42,294 nucleotides of DNA from IMG/VR virus record IMGVR_UViG_3300003310_000099, positions 1-42,294 of that record; one strand, 5' to 3'. Of this stretch, positions 10,355 through 20,079 are shown in pieces. This DNA comes from a virus (taxonomy: Duplodnaviria; Heunggongvirae; Uroviricota; Caudoviricetes). The translations under genes and the position numbers were made by a program. Numbering within the stretch: the first letter of the stretch is position 1; each line of letters opens with the position of its first letter. Under the pieces are notes generated by a model. The model made no database searches. It was not told where the DNA came from and worked only from the letters and a program-made list of their open reading frames with translations.

Positions 10355-10726
10355 TTATATATAAGGAATATAGAACGTCTCTGAACCGTTGTCAAAGACA
10401 GCGACTGACCTATCGCCGTCAAACCAAACACTTACGAGTGAGCTTTGGAAAACAATCTTATCCTGTGGATTGGCTAATACTAATATCAAACCACTTGACT
10501 GATCCAAATAAAAATTTGTTACAATCGTCAGAACCGCTCCATTGTCCCAATTCAAGTAACCGTCATACTCCTGTAATGTCATTGTATTGCAAATTGCATT
10601 ACTAGTATTGATGGTCAAGCTGCCTGACTGCCAAACAACATCATCCTCAGCAGTTGGAACTTCTCCTTCAGCCCAAGTATCAGGATCAGTCCAGTCGCCA
10701 GTTTGTATAATAGTTCTTAATGCCAT
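10355..10726 (-). CDS. short paralog of the N-terminal module of the 1070-aa protein
   Basis: GDWTDPDTWAEGEVPTAEDDVVW; SD GGAG. Confidence 0.75.
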   Translation of the reverse strand: MALRTIIQTGDWTDPDTWAEGEVPTAEDDVVWQSGSLTINTSNAICNTMTLQEYDGYLNWDNGAVLTIVTNFYLDQSSGLILVLANPQDKIVFQSSLVSVWFDGDRSVAVFDNGSETFYIPYI

Positions 10727-10767
10727 ATTTCCTCCATTAAATATAAAAGAACACCTATCCTAGCAAA

Positions 10768-11559
10768 TTACGGTAGAATTCCATTTATGAATCCTACCAA
10801 CATCCATTGCGCACGGTCTGCATCCCATTCAAGTACAAGAATATCCGTCTTGCCTGCACCTATACTCAGTCCAACTGAGGTTAGTGGGATTAAATCGCTG
10901 CCAATAAAGTTTGCGCTCCAAGATGAGATATCGCCGCCACCACCTGCTTGGGTGAGTTCAACTCTCAATTGCATCTTATCTGTTACACCATCAGTGATAG
11001 TAAGGTTAGTCATTGTGAAGTTTGCACTGACTGTGCCCTTAATAACAGCCGTAATCGACAATACTGCTTCGTCAAAATCTGGGTCGGCTGCGCCAATATC
11101 AACAACAACTGGATTGCCAGAAGCTGAAATCGTCATGTCCTTGTTAGGCCCAGCGGAGACAGTTAATGTAATGCCGCTACCTGCTAGAAGCTTGGCATCC
11201 AAATAATCAGCCGTAGAGTCGGCAGCATCAATTTTGACTTGATCGCCGCCACCGCCACCTGCCGAGTTGATTGTAATTGTTTTATTTGGACCAGCAGATG
11301 TGACCAAAGTGATGTTAGTGCCAGCGACGAGTTTTTCTCCCAAATAATCTGGAATATCTGCTGCGTCTACTTTTACTTGACCATCGCTTACTGCACGGAG
11401 AACATACTTTTCGCCGCCACCACTACCAATGATATAAATGCATGGTAGTAAAGTGCCAGACTGGTTAATATAAACTCTGCGGATATTGTCAAGGTCATAT
11501 CCTCTTAGTGGTCCTTCTGCACTAGCTGTGCCAGTGCCTTGTGTTGTTGATGCTCCCAT
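10768..11559 (-). CDS. putative virion structural/fibre protein with internal duplication
   Basis: two copies of QVK(V/I)DAAD...DYL..KL.AG..ITL..SAGPNK..TI; preceded by TATATA-N5-ATG. Confidence 0.6.
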   Translation of the reverse strand: MGASTTQGTGTASAEGPLRGYDLDNIRRVYINQSGTLLPCIYIIGSGGGEKYVLRAVSDGQVKVDAADIPDYLGEKLVAGTNITLVTSAGPNKTITINSAGGGGGDQVKIDAADSTADYLDAKLLAGSGITLTVSAGPNKDMTISASGNPVVVDIGAADPDFDEAVLSITAVIKGTVSANFTMTNLTITDGVTDKMQLRVELTQAGGGGDISSWSANFIGSDLIPLTSVGLSIGAGKTDILVLEWDADRAQWMLVGFINGILP

Positions 11560-11581
11560 ATGATTATATATCCTTCATGCA

Positions 11582-11617
11582 AAATTCCCGTTTAGATATA
11601 TATCTAAACGGGAATTT
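11582..11617. repeat. perfect 36-bp palindrome (intergenic)
   Basis: AAATTCCCGTTTAGATAT|ATATCTAAACGGGAATTT. Confidence 0.9.
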
Positions 11618-11643
11618 ATTAGGATTATAATTTTACCGATTGA

Positions 11644-12264
11644 TTAACAATGAATACTAAAAGGATTGACTCTCGCCACGAACTCTTCAACTTGTTGTTT
11701 TAGGTCACTCATAATTTCTTCTACAAGTCTTTTATCGCACTTTTCTTTCCAGTCTGGAGTCCACAAACGACCATCGTGTTGGCCATCATACTTCAACTTT
11801 AAATCAATATTTAAAGTTTTTTGTGGCATGAATGACTCTGGATTAAGCGTAATTTGCGGGTTTTCTTCAGCTGTAACTTGATAATTGTGATCGAACAATT
11901 TCTCTCTACCTGGAATATACTCTCGGACTATATTCCAATCATTACAATGTTGGACTCTATGTTCGGCAAAAACAAAGTTATCATAACCCTGCCAGATTTT
12001 ATCCAGGCTGATATTATACCAGTTGAGTCCATCATCAGTGCTATACCGATCAGTTATAAAGCCAGTGAGAGTGCCTGTTTCAACATTGACTTTAATATGC
12101 TGATTCAATTCATAAAGGAATGGCTTGAACTCGACGTTATAAGGCTTTTTTCTTCCAAAACGAGCTAATTTAAGTATTTTTCTTTCGTCCATTGCGTTCT
12201 TTATATGTTGTGTATCAAGAGCATCGCCTTCTTTGATAACATCTTTTATCCAGTGATTTTTCAT
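11644..12264 (-). CDS. hypothetical protein
   Basis: 206-aa ORF; MKNHW N-terminus shared with 3822..4880. Confidence 0.65.
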   Translation of the reverse strand: MKNHWIKDVIKEGDALDTQHIKNAMDERKILKLARFGRKKPYNVEFKPFLYELNQHIKVNVETGTLTGFITDRYSTDDGLNWYNISLDKIWQGYDNFVFAEHRVQHCNDWNIVREYIPGREKLFDHNYQVTAEENPQITLNPESFMPQKTLNIDLKLKYDGQHDGRLWTPDWKEKCDKRLVEEIMSDLKQQVEEFVARVNPFSIHC

Positions 12265-12276
12265 ACACTAATATAG

Positions 12277-12720
12277 TTATATTTTCTTTATAAATTTAAT
12301 CCATTCTTCATGATAGTGAATCATAGGCGGATTCTGAGCATAAGTAGCCGCATAACCATGACAGAACAACTCTTCGGGGTTCTGTCTTAGTTTTTCCTTG
12401 GTGCCTTTAACAATCTTCTTCCATTTTTCTACTAATTCAGGGAATGGAGCTACGAAATGTTCCCAGACTTTATGTGCTAGTTCATGGAGGAAGGTAAATT
12501 CACGGGAATAGCGATATGGAGCGGCCACAGTGATGGTTTTATCATTAGGGTCGATTACGCCAACATGCCCATCATCTCCGTCGAGAACATTATCACATTG
12601 CCATTTGAACTTATAGCCTTTGATGAGGTCGCTATGTTTCTTGGGCACTTTGGAAAGAGTCTTCTTAATGTTTTCTTCCTGCTCGGCAGTCTGTTCTAGG
12701 AAATATTTAAAACCATCCAT
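12277..12720 (-). CDS. zincin-like metallopeptidase (HExxH), capsid-targeting-like N-terminus
   Basis: FLHELAH plus downstream EELF; MDGFKYFLEQ; TAAATA-N4-ATG upstream. Confidence 0.7.
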   Translation of the reverse strand: MDGFKYFLEQTAEQEENIKKTLSKVPKKHSDLIKGYKFKWQCDNVLDGDDGHVGVIDPNDKTITVAAPYRYSREFTFLHELAHKVWEHFVAPFPELVEKWKKIVKGTKEKLRQNPEELFCHGYAATYAQNPPMIHYHEEWIKFIKKI

Positions 12721-12748
12721 AACCTATTTATGGAGTATCTTTAAACAA

Positions 12749-13237
12749 TTATTGAAGGACTGTGCATTTACCGTTTAAATGATTGATTTCTAATGGTTGT
12801 TTTCCAGTTTCATGCCATCCTGCCAAAGCCTCTCCATCAACTGGCACTCTAGTAGCCTTGGTAAAAGCCATATTAATCATCTGAGTAACTTCATCACTAT
12901 TTGCCATATCGAAGTTGTTTGTTCTCTGTACAATTACAAGACCTTCAAATTCGTAACAATAAAGTTTACGTCCAATGCCATCAAAAGTGGTCAGGGCCAA
13001 TTTTTCATCAGGATAGGTTTTATTTTCTATTGCTTCCACCCAATCAAGGACAGGTATTTTACCGTCTTCATATACTTCGTATGTTTCTAGTGCAATGAAC
13101 TTGTTAGTCCAGTCTATATGTGCTTTTTTGGTCCAATGACAGTCCAGGTGTTGTCCTGCTATAAGGAATCTGAACTTTCTTACAAATGTTATTTCTTGGC
13201 TGGCTAGTTTTCCTACTCCCATTGCAATGCTGGTCAT
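12749..13237 (-). CDS. tail tube protein-like (T4 gp19-type)
   Basis: RKFRFLI...LDWVEAI...LTTFDGIGRKLYCYEFEGL...FDMANSD pattern; start chosen at ATG 13237 with SD GGAGA. Confidence 0.55.
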   Translation of the reverse strand: MTSIAMGVGKLASQEITFVRKFRFLIAGQHLDCHWTKKAHIDWTNKFIALETYEVYEDGKIPVLDWVEAIENKTYPDEKLALTTFDGIGRKLYCYEFEGLVIVQRTNNFDMANSDEVTQMINMAFTKATRVPVDGEALAGWHETGKQPLEINHLNGKCTVLQ

Positions 13238-13285
13238 AATTATAATCTCCTTTGAAATAATAGAGTGTTTGTCCATAAATAAATT

Positions 13286-13714
13286 GTGGCAACTCCTTTT
13301 GGTGCATGGGGCGGAATGCCAGGAATCACTGGTACTGGCTTCTCAGATTATTTGGCGAATAAAGGCTATAGTAATGAAAAAGACATTCTATGGTTGCTAC
13401 CGCGCCTGGATAAAGTTCAACAAGTCGAAATGGATATAAAACTTAATAATAATGGAATGGATGTATTCCCAAAGCATAAGAGCTTGTTGAGTTCGGATAT
13501 TGGTTGGAAAAAACAACTAATTAATGTATTTAGAGGTAGTGTTAATGACCCTGATTTGATAAATTCACTTATTCAAGTGGTCAAGAGGGGTATCGCAAGT
13601 CACAAAAACAGAGTATCAAACCAATTAACGGGCAGTGACCGTTGGAATGAAACTTGGGTTCAGGTTTATAGACAATGGTTAGAAGAATTAAACAAACTTA
13701 GGAGCAATGTATGA
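13286..13714 (+). CDS. hypothetical protein
   Basis: GTG start preceded by CATAAATA-N4. Confidence 0.6.
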   Translation: MATPFGAWGGMPGITGTGFSDYLANKGYSNEKDILWLLPRLDKVQQVEMDIKLNNNGMDVFPKHKSLLSSDIGWKKQLINVFRGSVNDPDLINSLIQVVKRGIASHKNRVSNQLTGSDRWNETWVQVYRQWLEELNKLRSNV

Positions 13715-14373
13715 GAAAAGAGAAGGCAGTAGCCTCTGCGCCAAAAGCTAGAAAAGCGTTTCACATGGAGTTCAAGAACACGGCTCAGAAATTAGCCTGG
13801 TCATCTTTTGAACAACATGATGTTCTATTCCTGCTTGGGCCTGCTGGAGTGGGTAAAACATTCCTTGCAATGGCATTTGCAATTAGCGAACTACTTAGTA
13901 AGAAAAAGAAGAAGATTATTCTTACAAGACCTATTGTAGATGCGGGCGAACACTTAGGCTACCTTCCTGGCACCTTCCAAGACAAGATTAACCCTTATTT
14001 AATGCCACTATATGACTCAATGGATGCATTAGTAGGTATTGATACTCAAGAAAGAGACAAGGTAAACAGTGCAATAGAAATTGCGCCACTTGCTTATCTA
14101 AGAGGTAGAACTTTTGTTAATTCGGTGTGCATCTTGGATGAAGCACAAAACTGCACAAAAGCTCAGATTATACTTTTCTTGACGAGATTGGGCGAAGATT
14201 CAAAAATCATTATAACTGGCGATCCAACGCAATCGGATTTGCATGGCACGCCATATATTAATGAAGCAACTAAGTTGCTATCTTCGGTGCCTGGCATTAG
14301 CATAATGGAGTTTAACGAAGGTCAAATTGTCAGACACCCATTAGTAGGTAAGATTTTGGAAAAATTAAAGTAA
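13711..14373 (+). CDS. phoH: PhoH-family ATPase
   Basis: GPAGVGKT, LRGRTF, ILDEAQN, GDPTQSD, RHPLV. Confidence 0.95.
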   Translation: MRKEKAVASAPKARKAFHMEFKNTAQKLAWSSFEQHDVLFLLGPAGVGKTFLAMAFAISELLSKKKKKIILTRPIVDAGEHLGYLPGTFQDKINPYLMPLYDSMDALVGIDTQERDKVNSAIEIAPLAYLRGRTFVNSVCILDEAQNCTKAQIILFLTRLGEDSKIIITGDPTQSDLHGTPYINEATKLLSSVPGISIMEFNEGQIVRHPLVGKILEKLK

Positions 14374-14374
14374 A

Positions 14375-15601
14375 ATGTTTAAGATACCAAAAGTAGCAAA
14401 TGTAATACCAGTAAATGCCTCATTTACAACGTTAAATGTACTCCCAACCTTTAGCATACCTATAGATGAGTCTTTTAACTTTCAGTTTAATATCACGGCA
14501 TTTATTACAGAACCTTGTAAATTCCCCTACTATGTAGGGGAAGGCCCGCTCTATTGGTATCGAATAGATTGGTATGAGAGTAATTGTACACAAAGTTGCG
14601 AGGATATTACACCTACTATAAGTTATATTGCACCAAACTGTCCATATGAAATCATAGAACATTGCATCATAATGCCTCCAATTTGCCCATGTGACCCACC
14701 TTGCCAACCAGATGAATGTGTTCAACAAGATGTTGAAGTTTGGCACATGTTAGCAACCAGTGTCACGCATCTGTGTGAGAGAATTAACCAAGAATGCTGT
14801 CATAGAAAACCGCCTGGTTATATGAGAAGGGTGCGACAGTACGGAAGACCAGCTTTATGTTGTGATGTTGAAGCTCATGGTGCAGGGTCCGATAAATACT
14901 CAGATGTAAATTTCCTTTTATGCGAATGTGGTAACTTGGTTGACCCGTGTATTGCAGAAATTATTTATCCATGCCATATTAATAGATGTGGAATTCATGG
15001 TCCAGCATTTTCAGGACCAGACCCTATTCCTGCCGATACTATAAGTTTTGCCAGCGACATTCTTGGTCATCATCCGACAGATATTTCTGAACAGCTAGGT
15101 ATGTTCCAGACAATAGAGCTTGAACCACCAGTGGCTAAAGAACCTGCACATAGATTCGGGTCAACTATACCAAATATAATTCATTGTTATCATAATTTAA
15201 GCGAATGTAATTTGTTTAAAGACTTCCTCAAAAGGACCAAAACCACCTTTAACGACATTGATTTATACTATAATAATGAGTATAAGAGTTGGCAGGGGAC
15301 AAAGAGTTTTAAGGAATGGAAGTTTATATTCGAGTGGAAGCCTAGCCAGCATGAAGAGTCTGGGGCTGCTTTCAATTTCAATATTTTTGTCGAAAATAAG
15401 AATTTAAAGAGTAAGTTATTCCTTATTGTGAAATTGACTAGTTTTTTGAATGACAAGAATATTTTTGAAATTAATCTAAATTTCGATACCAAGACTGGTA
15501 AATTAAGTAAGTCCATTTTACAATCTAAGATACTACATGACGACATAGGGATATTCAAAAATTCCTGGGGCAATGAATTAAAAGTAAATATGAGGGGTTA
15601 A
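14375..15601 (+). CDS. hypothetical protein with Cys/Pro-rich N-terminal half
   Basis: 408-aa ORF; many Cys in the first ~210 aa. Confidence 0.6.
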   Translation: MFKIPKVANVIPVNASFTTLNVLPTFSIPIDESFNFQFNITAFITEPCKFPYYVGEGPLYWYRIDWYESNCTQSCEDITPTISYIAPNCPYEIIEHCIIMPPICPCDPPCQPDECVQQDVEVWHMLATSVTHLCERINQECCHRKPPGYMRRVRQYGRPALCCDVEAHGAGSDKYSDVNFLLCECGNLVDPCIAEIIYPCHINRCGIHGPAFSGPDPIPADTISFASDILGHHPTDISEQLGMFQTIELEPPVAKEPAHRFGSTIPNIIHCYHNLSECNLFKDFLKRTKTTFNDIDLYYNNEYKSWQGTKSFKEWKFIFEWKPSQHEESGAAFNFNIFVENKNLKSKLFLIVKLTSFLNDKNIFEINLNFDTKTGKLSKSILQSKILHDDIGIFKNSWGNELKVNMRG

Positions 15602-15603
15602 TC

Positions 15604-15813
15604 ATGGAAATCGTAATTTTATTGGTCGTAATTCTGTCGGCAGGCATCAACATCTTTTTGCAGATCAGCAACTCATTGCTCCTGATAAAAACGTTCGAGC
15701 AGTTGAAGCAAATCCAAGAAGATAAGGAGCTTGATAAAGAAGCTAAATTGAGAGCCAAAGGTCTGGTAGACATAGCAACAGAACAGACAGTTTACCCACT
15801 TCGCTTGAGATAA
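15604..15813 (+). CDS. small membrane protein
   Basis: N-terminal hydrophobic helix; SD GAGGGG. Confidence 0.65.
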   Translation: MEIVILLVVILSAGINIFLQISNSLLLIKTFEQLKQIQEDKELDKEAKLRAKGLVDIATEQTVYPLRLR

Positions 15814-15850
15814 CATTGACTTATTTGTTTCTTTTTCTTATTTTCTTGAT

Positions 15851-16810
15851 ATGGAAAAGAAACAAATCATTTACAAACACTTTCGTAACAGAAGATGTGG
15901 TGCTGAACTTGAATTTGGTAAGACAATTACCAAACCGCAAGTCGTTAAAACAATTCAAGAATTTTCAAATTACAAAGTAAAGTCTTTGGGTCATGTTGCC
16001 TCACGCGGCAATAATCTGTGGCACGTCAAAACAGATTGTACATGCGGTGCTGACGGTTTCGCAGGTTGGGAAGTTGCATCCTTTGTAGGCAAAAACCACC
16101 GAGATATCATGCATATTGGTGGGGCAGCTAAAGCACTCAAAGATTCAGGGGCTAAAGTAAACAGGAACTGTGGATTCCACGTCCATGTAGAAATTGCTGA
16201 TTTTGAAAAAAGGGACGTTGGCGTACTAATGGCCCATTGGCTCAAAATAGAAAAGATCATGCGGCTGGCGGTTTCTAAAAAAAGGTATTTAGATTATTGT
16301 CGTCTAGTAAAACGAGATACAGATTGGAGTTGGATCGGGCACTATTACGGCAAATATTATTCTCCGCAAGAGTTATATGATATTTATATCCCACACAATC
16401 GAGAAGAAGTGGATGAATTTCGTTATAGAGCCATCAATATAGTTAATTACTACAAGGGTCTTAGAAACAAGAATTACAAGAGGAAGACAGTAGAATATAG
16501 ACTTCCAGAAGGGACATTGGAAGAGAATGATGTTGTTAATTGGATGAGGCTTTTTGTAAGCTTCACAGACGCAGCCAAAAACGCACAAATGCCTTCCAAT
16601 ATTGAGGATGCGTCAATTGAAGAGGCAATGGGCTATCTCGGTCTTTACCATGAAGATGATAAATTTTACATTTTTAGTCCAGCTTTGAATAAGACTAGAA
16701 TTTGGTTTCTGCAAAGAATTATAAATAGACTTGACATGACAAAGAAATTAAGTTATTATAACACTCAACTAAGAACAGATGCTGAAAATTTACTAATGAG
16801 AATTATCTGA
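15851..16810 (+). CDS. putative amidoligase (phage Amidoligase_2-like, COOH-NH2 ligase)
   Basis: GAELEF...GWEVAS...CGFHVHV...YRAIN...KTVEYRLPEGT. Confidence 0.8.
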   Translation: MEKKQIIYKHFRNRRCGAELEFGKTITKPQVVKTIQEFSNYKVKSLGHVASRGNNLWHVKTDCTCGADGFAGWEVASFVGKNHRDIMHIGGAAKALKDSGAKVNRNCGFHVHVEIADFEKRDVGVLMAHWLKIEKIMRLAVSKKRYLDYCRLVKRDTDWSWIGHYYGKYYSPQELYDIYIPHNREEVDEFRYRAINIVNYYKGLRNKNYKRKTVEYRLPEGTLEENDVVNWMRLFVSFTDAAKNAQMPSNIEDASIEEAMGYLGLYHEDDKFYIFSPALNKTRIWFLQRIINRLDMTKKLSYYNTQLRTDAENLLMRII

Positions 16811-16863
16811 TCTTACTACTATATAACATTAACTATTTAACTTTCTTTTTACGGAGAAATACT

Positions 16864-17343
16864 ATGTTGACTAAAGAAAATCAGAGACTCGTCGTTGAAT
16901 TCATGCCTTTCGCAGATAAAATCGCAGCATACAAATTCAAGAAAATGCCTCCTCAAGTTCAGCTTGACGAATTGAAATCCGCAGCTTATCTTGGTCTATG
17001 TGACGCCGCTACTCGTTATGACGGCAAGCAAGACTTCAAACCTTTGGCCGCAATCAGAATAATTGGTCAAATCAAAGATTATTTAAGAAGTCTAAAACGC
17101 ACTAAGGCTTCAGAAATTCCAGAAGATTATGAAATAGAGGCGAAGGCTGAACCTATACCATTTCAAGACGCAATTGATGAAATTTGCAAAAACAACGTTT
17201 CTCCCATTGCAAAGAAGATTTTTGGGATGTACTATGGGCAAGGCTTAACGATGGCAGAGATTGCTGAAAGGATTGATCTTACTCCTGCCAGAGTATGTCA
17301 GCTAATCAAAACAAATACTGAAGCACTGCGCAATGTCGCGTAA
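16864..17343 (+). CDS. short sigma-70 family sigma factor (regions 2 and 4, FliA/SigF-like)
   Basis: DELKSAAYLGLCDAATRYD (region 2) and LTMAEIAERIDLTPARVCQL (region 4 HTH). Confidence 0.8.
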   Translation: MLTKENQRLVVEFMPFADKIAAYKFKKMPPQVQLDELKSAAYLGLCDAATRYDGKQDFKPLAAIRIIGQIKDYLRSLKRTKASEIPEDYEIEAKAEPIPFQDAIDEICKNNVSPIAKKIFGMYYGQGLTMAEIAERIDLTPARVCQLIKTNTEALRNVA

Positions 17344-17369
17344 ATACAATTGGTGAGCGAGCTAAGTCT

Positions 17370-17900
17370 ATGTACTACGCCAAACCTACAGAAGTGCTTA
17401 CTCCACAAGCATTTGAGAATCTTCTTATTTCTGCAATTGCCAAAAGCATGACAGAAATAAGAAGATTTATTGCAGTGGATAAAGAGGGTAAACCAAGATC
17501 GCCTTTATCAAATGCAGAAATCGTTGGAGATTTCTGTAATTGGTTAAGGCGTGAACTAAAATGCACTACTTTGGAAAAATTACCTATTGCAAAACCAGCA
17601 ATGTGGGCTAGAGTAGGTGTTCCAGCGAACTACGGTTGGAATTTTGCATACTCGACAACTGAGGGAGAGAAGAGAATGACCGCTTTGCACGCTGAACAAA
17701 TTTGTTCGGTCGCAGCACGAAAATCTTTAGATTCCAAATCAATGGAAGAGGAATTCCGAGATATTAATGTACAAATGACCAATTTGTTCACTGAATTGAT
17801 TCAACTTCAGACTTTGGGCAAGAGAGCAGTTTCCATTAACGATGAAGCCGATGTTGTTTTGGGCAATCTCTGCAAAGTTGCAGAGAAATTAGCTTCTTAA
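17370..17900 (+). CDS. hypothetical protein
   Basis: 176-aa ORF. Confidence 0.6.
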   Translation: MYYAKPTEVLTPQAFENLLISAIAKSMTEIRRFIAVDKEGKPRSPLSNAEIVGDFCNWLRRELKCTTLEKLPIAKPAMWARVGVPANYGWNFAYSTTEGEKRMTALHAEQICSVAARKSLDSKSMEEEFRDINVQMTNLFTELIQLQTLGKRAVSINDEADVVLGNLCKVAEKLAS

Positions 17901-17912
17901 AGGGAGTTTGCA

Positions 17913-18248
17913 ATGGGCGACAATAGAACTAATTCAGACAGGCTACAAGAGTTACTAACTTTTGACGCTGCCAAGAAGCAGAATCTGACACAGGAATTAA
18001 TGTCAGAGGTCGTCAAGGAAATCACGGAAGAAAGAGTCAAGGAAGCGAAGACTAGGGCCAAAGAGCAACTGGTTAAGGCAATGCAACTGCGAGAGCAGAT
18101 GGCAAAGGCCAAGCGTGACTTTGACGGTCAGCACCAGAAGATGGAAAAAGAACTTGGCAAAATCATGAATCAGATTCAGGGAATCCTAACAGGAAGGAAC
18201 CCTGACGAAAATAAGGAAGAAGCCAAGGAAGAAGTGGCAACAGCATAA
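17913..18248 (+). CDS. hypothetical coiled-coil protein
   Basis: SD GGGAG; E/K/Q-rich heptad-like sequence. Confidence 0.7.
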   Translation: MGDNRTNSDRLQELLTFDAAKKQNLTQELMSEVVKEITEERVKEAKTRAKEQLVKAMQLREQMAKAKRDFDGQHQKMEKELGKIMNQIQGILTGRNPDENKEEAKEEVATA

Positions 18249-18252
18249 AAAC

Positions 18253-18285
18253 AAAAAGCCCTAGTGCAAAACACTAGGGCTTTTT
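18253..18285. terminator. intrinsic terminator (possibly bidirectional)
   Basis: AAAAAGCCCTAGTG-caaaa-CACTAGGGCTTTTT. Confidence 0.85.
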
Positions 18286-18311
18286 CTCTTATAATCATAA
18301 TGGAGTAGAAA

Positions 18312-18509
18312 ATGTTTGCAATCTATGCGATACAACAGCAACCAGAAAGTACCGATTACAGCCTGGTTGCTCTGTTTACCACAGAGCCAAATGCATATAG
18401 ATTTATGGCGAAAATTAAAGAGAAGTTTCCTGATGATGACTTTGAAGTTACAGAGTGGTGGCAACCAGTTGTGGACCCAATAGAATTAAATGAAGTTTTC
18501 CCATCTTGA
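18312..18509 (+). CDS. hypothetical protein
   Basis: 65-aa ORF with SD GGAG. Confidence 0.6.
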   Translation: MFAIYAIQQQPESTDYSLVALFTTEPNAYRFMAKIKEKFPDDDFEVTEWWQPVVDPIELNEVFPS

Positions 18510-18513
18510 CAAC

Positions 18514-18541
18514 TTGACAACGAGTTAAATAAGATTAAAAT
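18514..18541 (+). promoter_or_regulatory. sigma70-type promoter
   Basis: TTGACA-N16-TAAAAT. Confidence 0.5.
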
Positions 18542-18547
18542 AAGAAT

Positions 18548-18775
18548 ATGATTCCACAAGAAGTAGTCGATGGTCTGAAGAAACAGTTTGCTGAGGTCCA
18601 TCCCATGATTTTCCATCGTTCTCTGGAGCGGGCTAAAACTGCTGGAGAATTGTTTGATATTCTTTCAGAACTGCCGACTGAATATCCCATAATTTGGGAT
18701 GAAGAAAGCAAAAGATGGGCCACCACCAAGGACTTGTTTCAGTCTAAGACTCTCAAAATTGAGGGCGTTTCATGA
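18548..18775 (+). CDS. hypothetical protein
   Basis: 75-aa ORF downstream of promoter. Confidence 0.6.
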   Translation: MIPQEVVDGLKKQFAEVHPMIFHRSLERAKTAGELFDILSELPTEYPIIWDEESKRWATTKDLFQSKTLKIEGVS

Positions 18776-19338
18776 AATTGCAGGAAGAATATCTGTCACG
18801 TCACAAGCTAACAGATATTCCCTTAATATACCACACGAAGAATAGTAGTGTTATCCTGAAATTGTATGCCAGGCCACAAGTAATTCTGAACATAAGATGG
18901 GTAAGTGATAAGGGTGTACCTGGACACTACCAACTCCACTATTTAACACCTAATCATAATGCTTGTTTAGATGGTAAGTATTTCTCCAAGATTAATGCAG
19001 AACATGTATTACAGTACCAAGACTACCCGAATTTTATCACCAGATGGGCAAAGAACCTCAATTTCACGCCGATTGATGAATCTCAAATTAAATTCGCAAT
19101 TATTGAAATGTTCATGTTTTGCTTCGATGGGTGGTTGTGTAAATCTGGCATGGAGGATTTAATATACAGTACGATTGATCCTTCTTTGGACGATGCAACA
19201 AAACTCCAGAACATAAAAGAATTTGAAGACAAATTCAAAAGGCATGAGTTCTATGAGGTGTACAAGACAGTATTTTGCAAGTATGCTGATTCTTATGCTA
19301 GTTGGCTAGCTAATTTAATAAAATTCTATAATCCTTGA
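18772..19338 (+). CDS. hypothetical protein
   Basis: 188-aa ORF, ATGA overlap. Confidence 0.6.
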   Translation: MKLQEEYLSRHKLTDIPLIYHTKNSSVILKLYARPQVILNIRWVSDKGVPGHYQLHYLTPNHNACLDGKYFSKINAEHVLQYQDYPNFITRWAKNLNFTPIDESQIKFAIIEMFMFCFDGWLCKSGMEDLIYSTIDPSLDDATKLQNIKEFEDKFKRHEFYEVYKTVFCKYADSYASWLANLIKFYNP

Positions 19339-19345
19339 GGTCGCT

Positions 19346-19777
19346 ATGAAACTAAGCTATGAAGTAAAAACTAGATATATCACTAGGGATGATATGGATA
19401 GAGTGAATGAGATTGACCATGAAAATAAAAATGATATTGCCAATGTACTGAAAGGCACAGAAATCGTCAACGGCATGGTTGCAGTCAACGATACTGACGA
19501 TGTTATAGGGTTTTGCATCTATAGTTTGGAGAATCCAGAGACTTTCAATATACTACATTTGGCAGTAGACGAGCATTTTTATAGACAAGGAATAGCTACA
19601 AAATTAATAGATAGAATGAAATCCAAGCTCAATGATAAGAGAAACATCTTGGAGTATGAAGTTCCTGAAAGCTACCTGGCTATGCACTTATTTCTCAAGG
19701 CAATGAATTTCAAAGCTAAGGTTGTGAGAAACAGGGAAGAGGATATCTTTAAATTTACATATACGGAGCAACAATGA
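19346..19777 (+). CDS. GNAT (RimI-like) acetyltransferase
   Basis: ILHLAVDEHFYRQGIATKLI acetyl-CoA motif; AMHLFLKAMNF. Confidence 0.85.
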   Translation: MKLSYEVKTRYITRDDMDRVNEIDHENKNDIANVLKGTEIVNGMVAVNDTDDVIGFCIYSLENPETFNILHLAVDEHFYRQGIATKLIDRMKSKLNDKRNILEYEVPESYLAMHLFLKAMNFKAKVVRNREEDIFKFTYTEQQ

Positions 19778-20079
19778 TCTTAGAATACACAGATGATAGG
19801 TTTGACGTTTCAACTGGTATAGTAGTAGTTGACTTTTGGTCCCCAAGATGTGGACCTTGTGTCATGCTTGCTCCAGTGCTGGAATCCACAGCAAATAAAC
19901 ACCCAAATGTCACTTTTGCCAAGGTGAACGCTGCTGAAAATCATAGTGTTAGCAGCTACTATGGGATCAGTGCTGTGCCAACCTTAATATTCTTTAAGGA
20001 CGGAGCATTGATGAAGAAAGTGGTTGGATTCCAGTCTGAACAGGCATTGACCAAACATATAGCAGAGTTAAGCCGTTAA
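19774..20079 (+). CDS. trxA: thioredoxin
   Basis: VDFWSPRCGPC active site; ISAVPTLIFFKDG. Confidence 0.9.
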   Translation: MILEYTDDRFDVSTGIVVVDFWSPRCGPCVMLAPVLESTANKHPNVTFAKVNAAENHSVSSYYGISAVPTLIFFKDGALMKKVVGFQSEQALTKHIAELSR

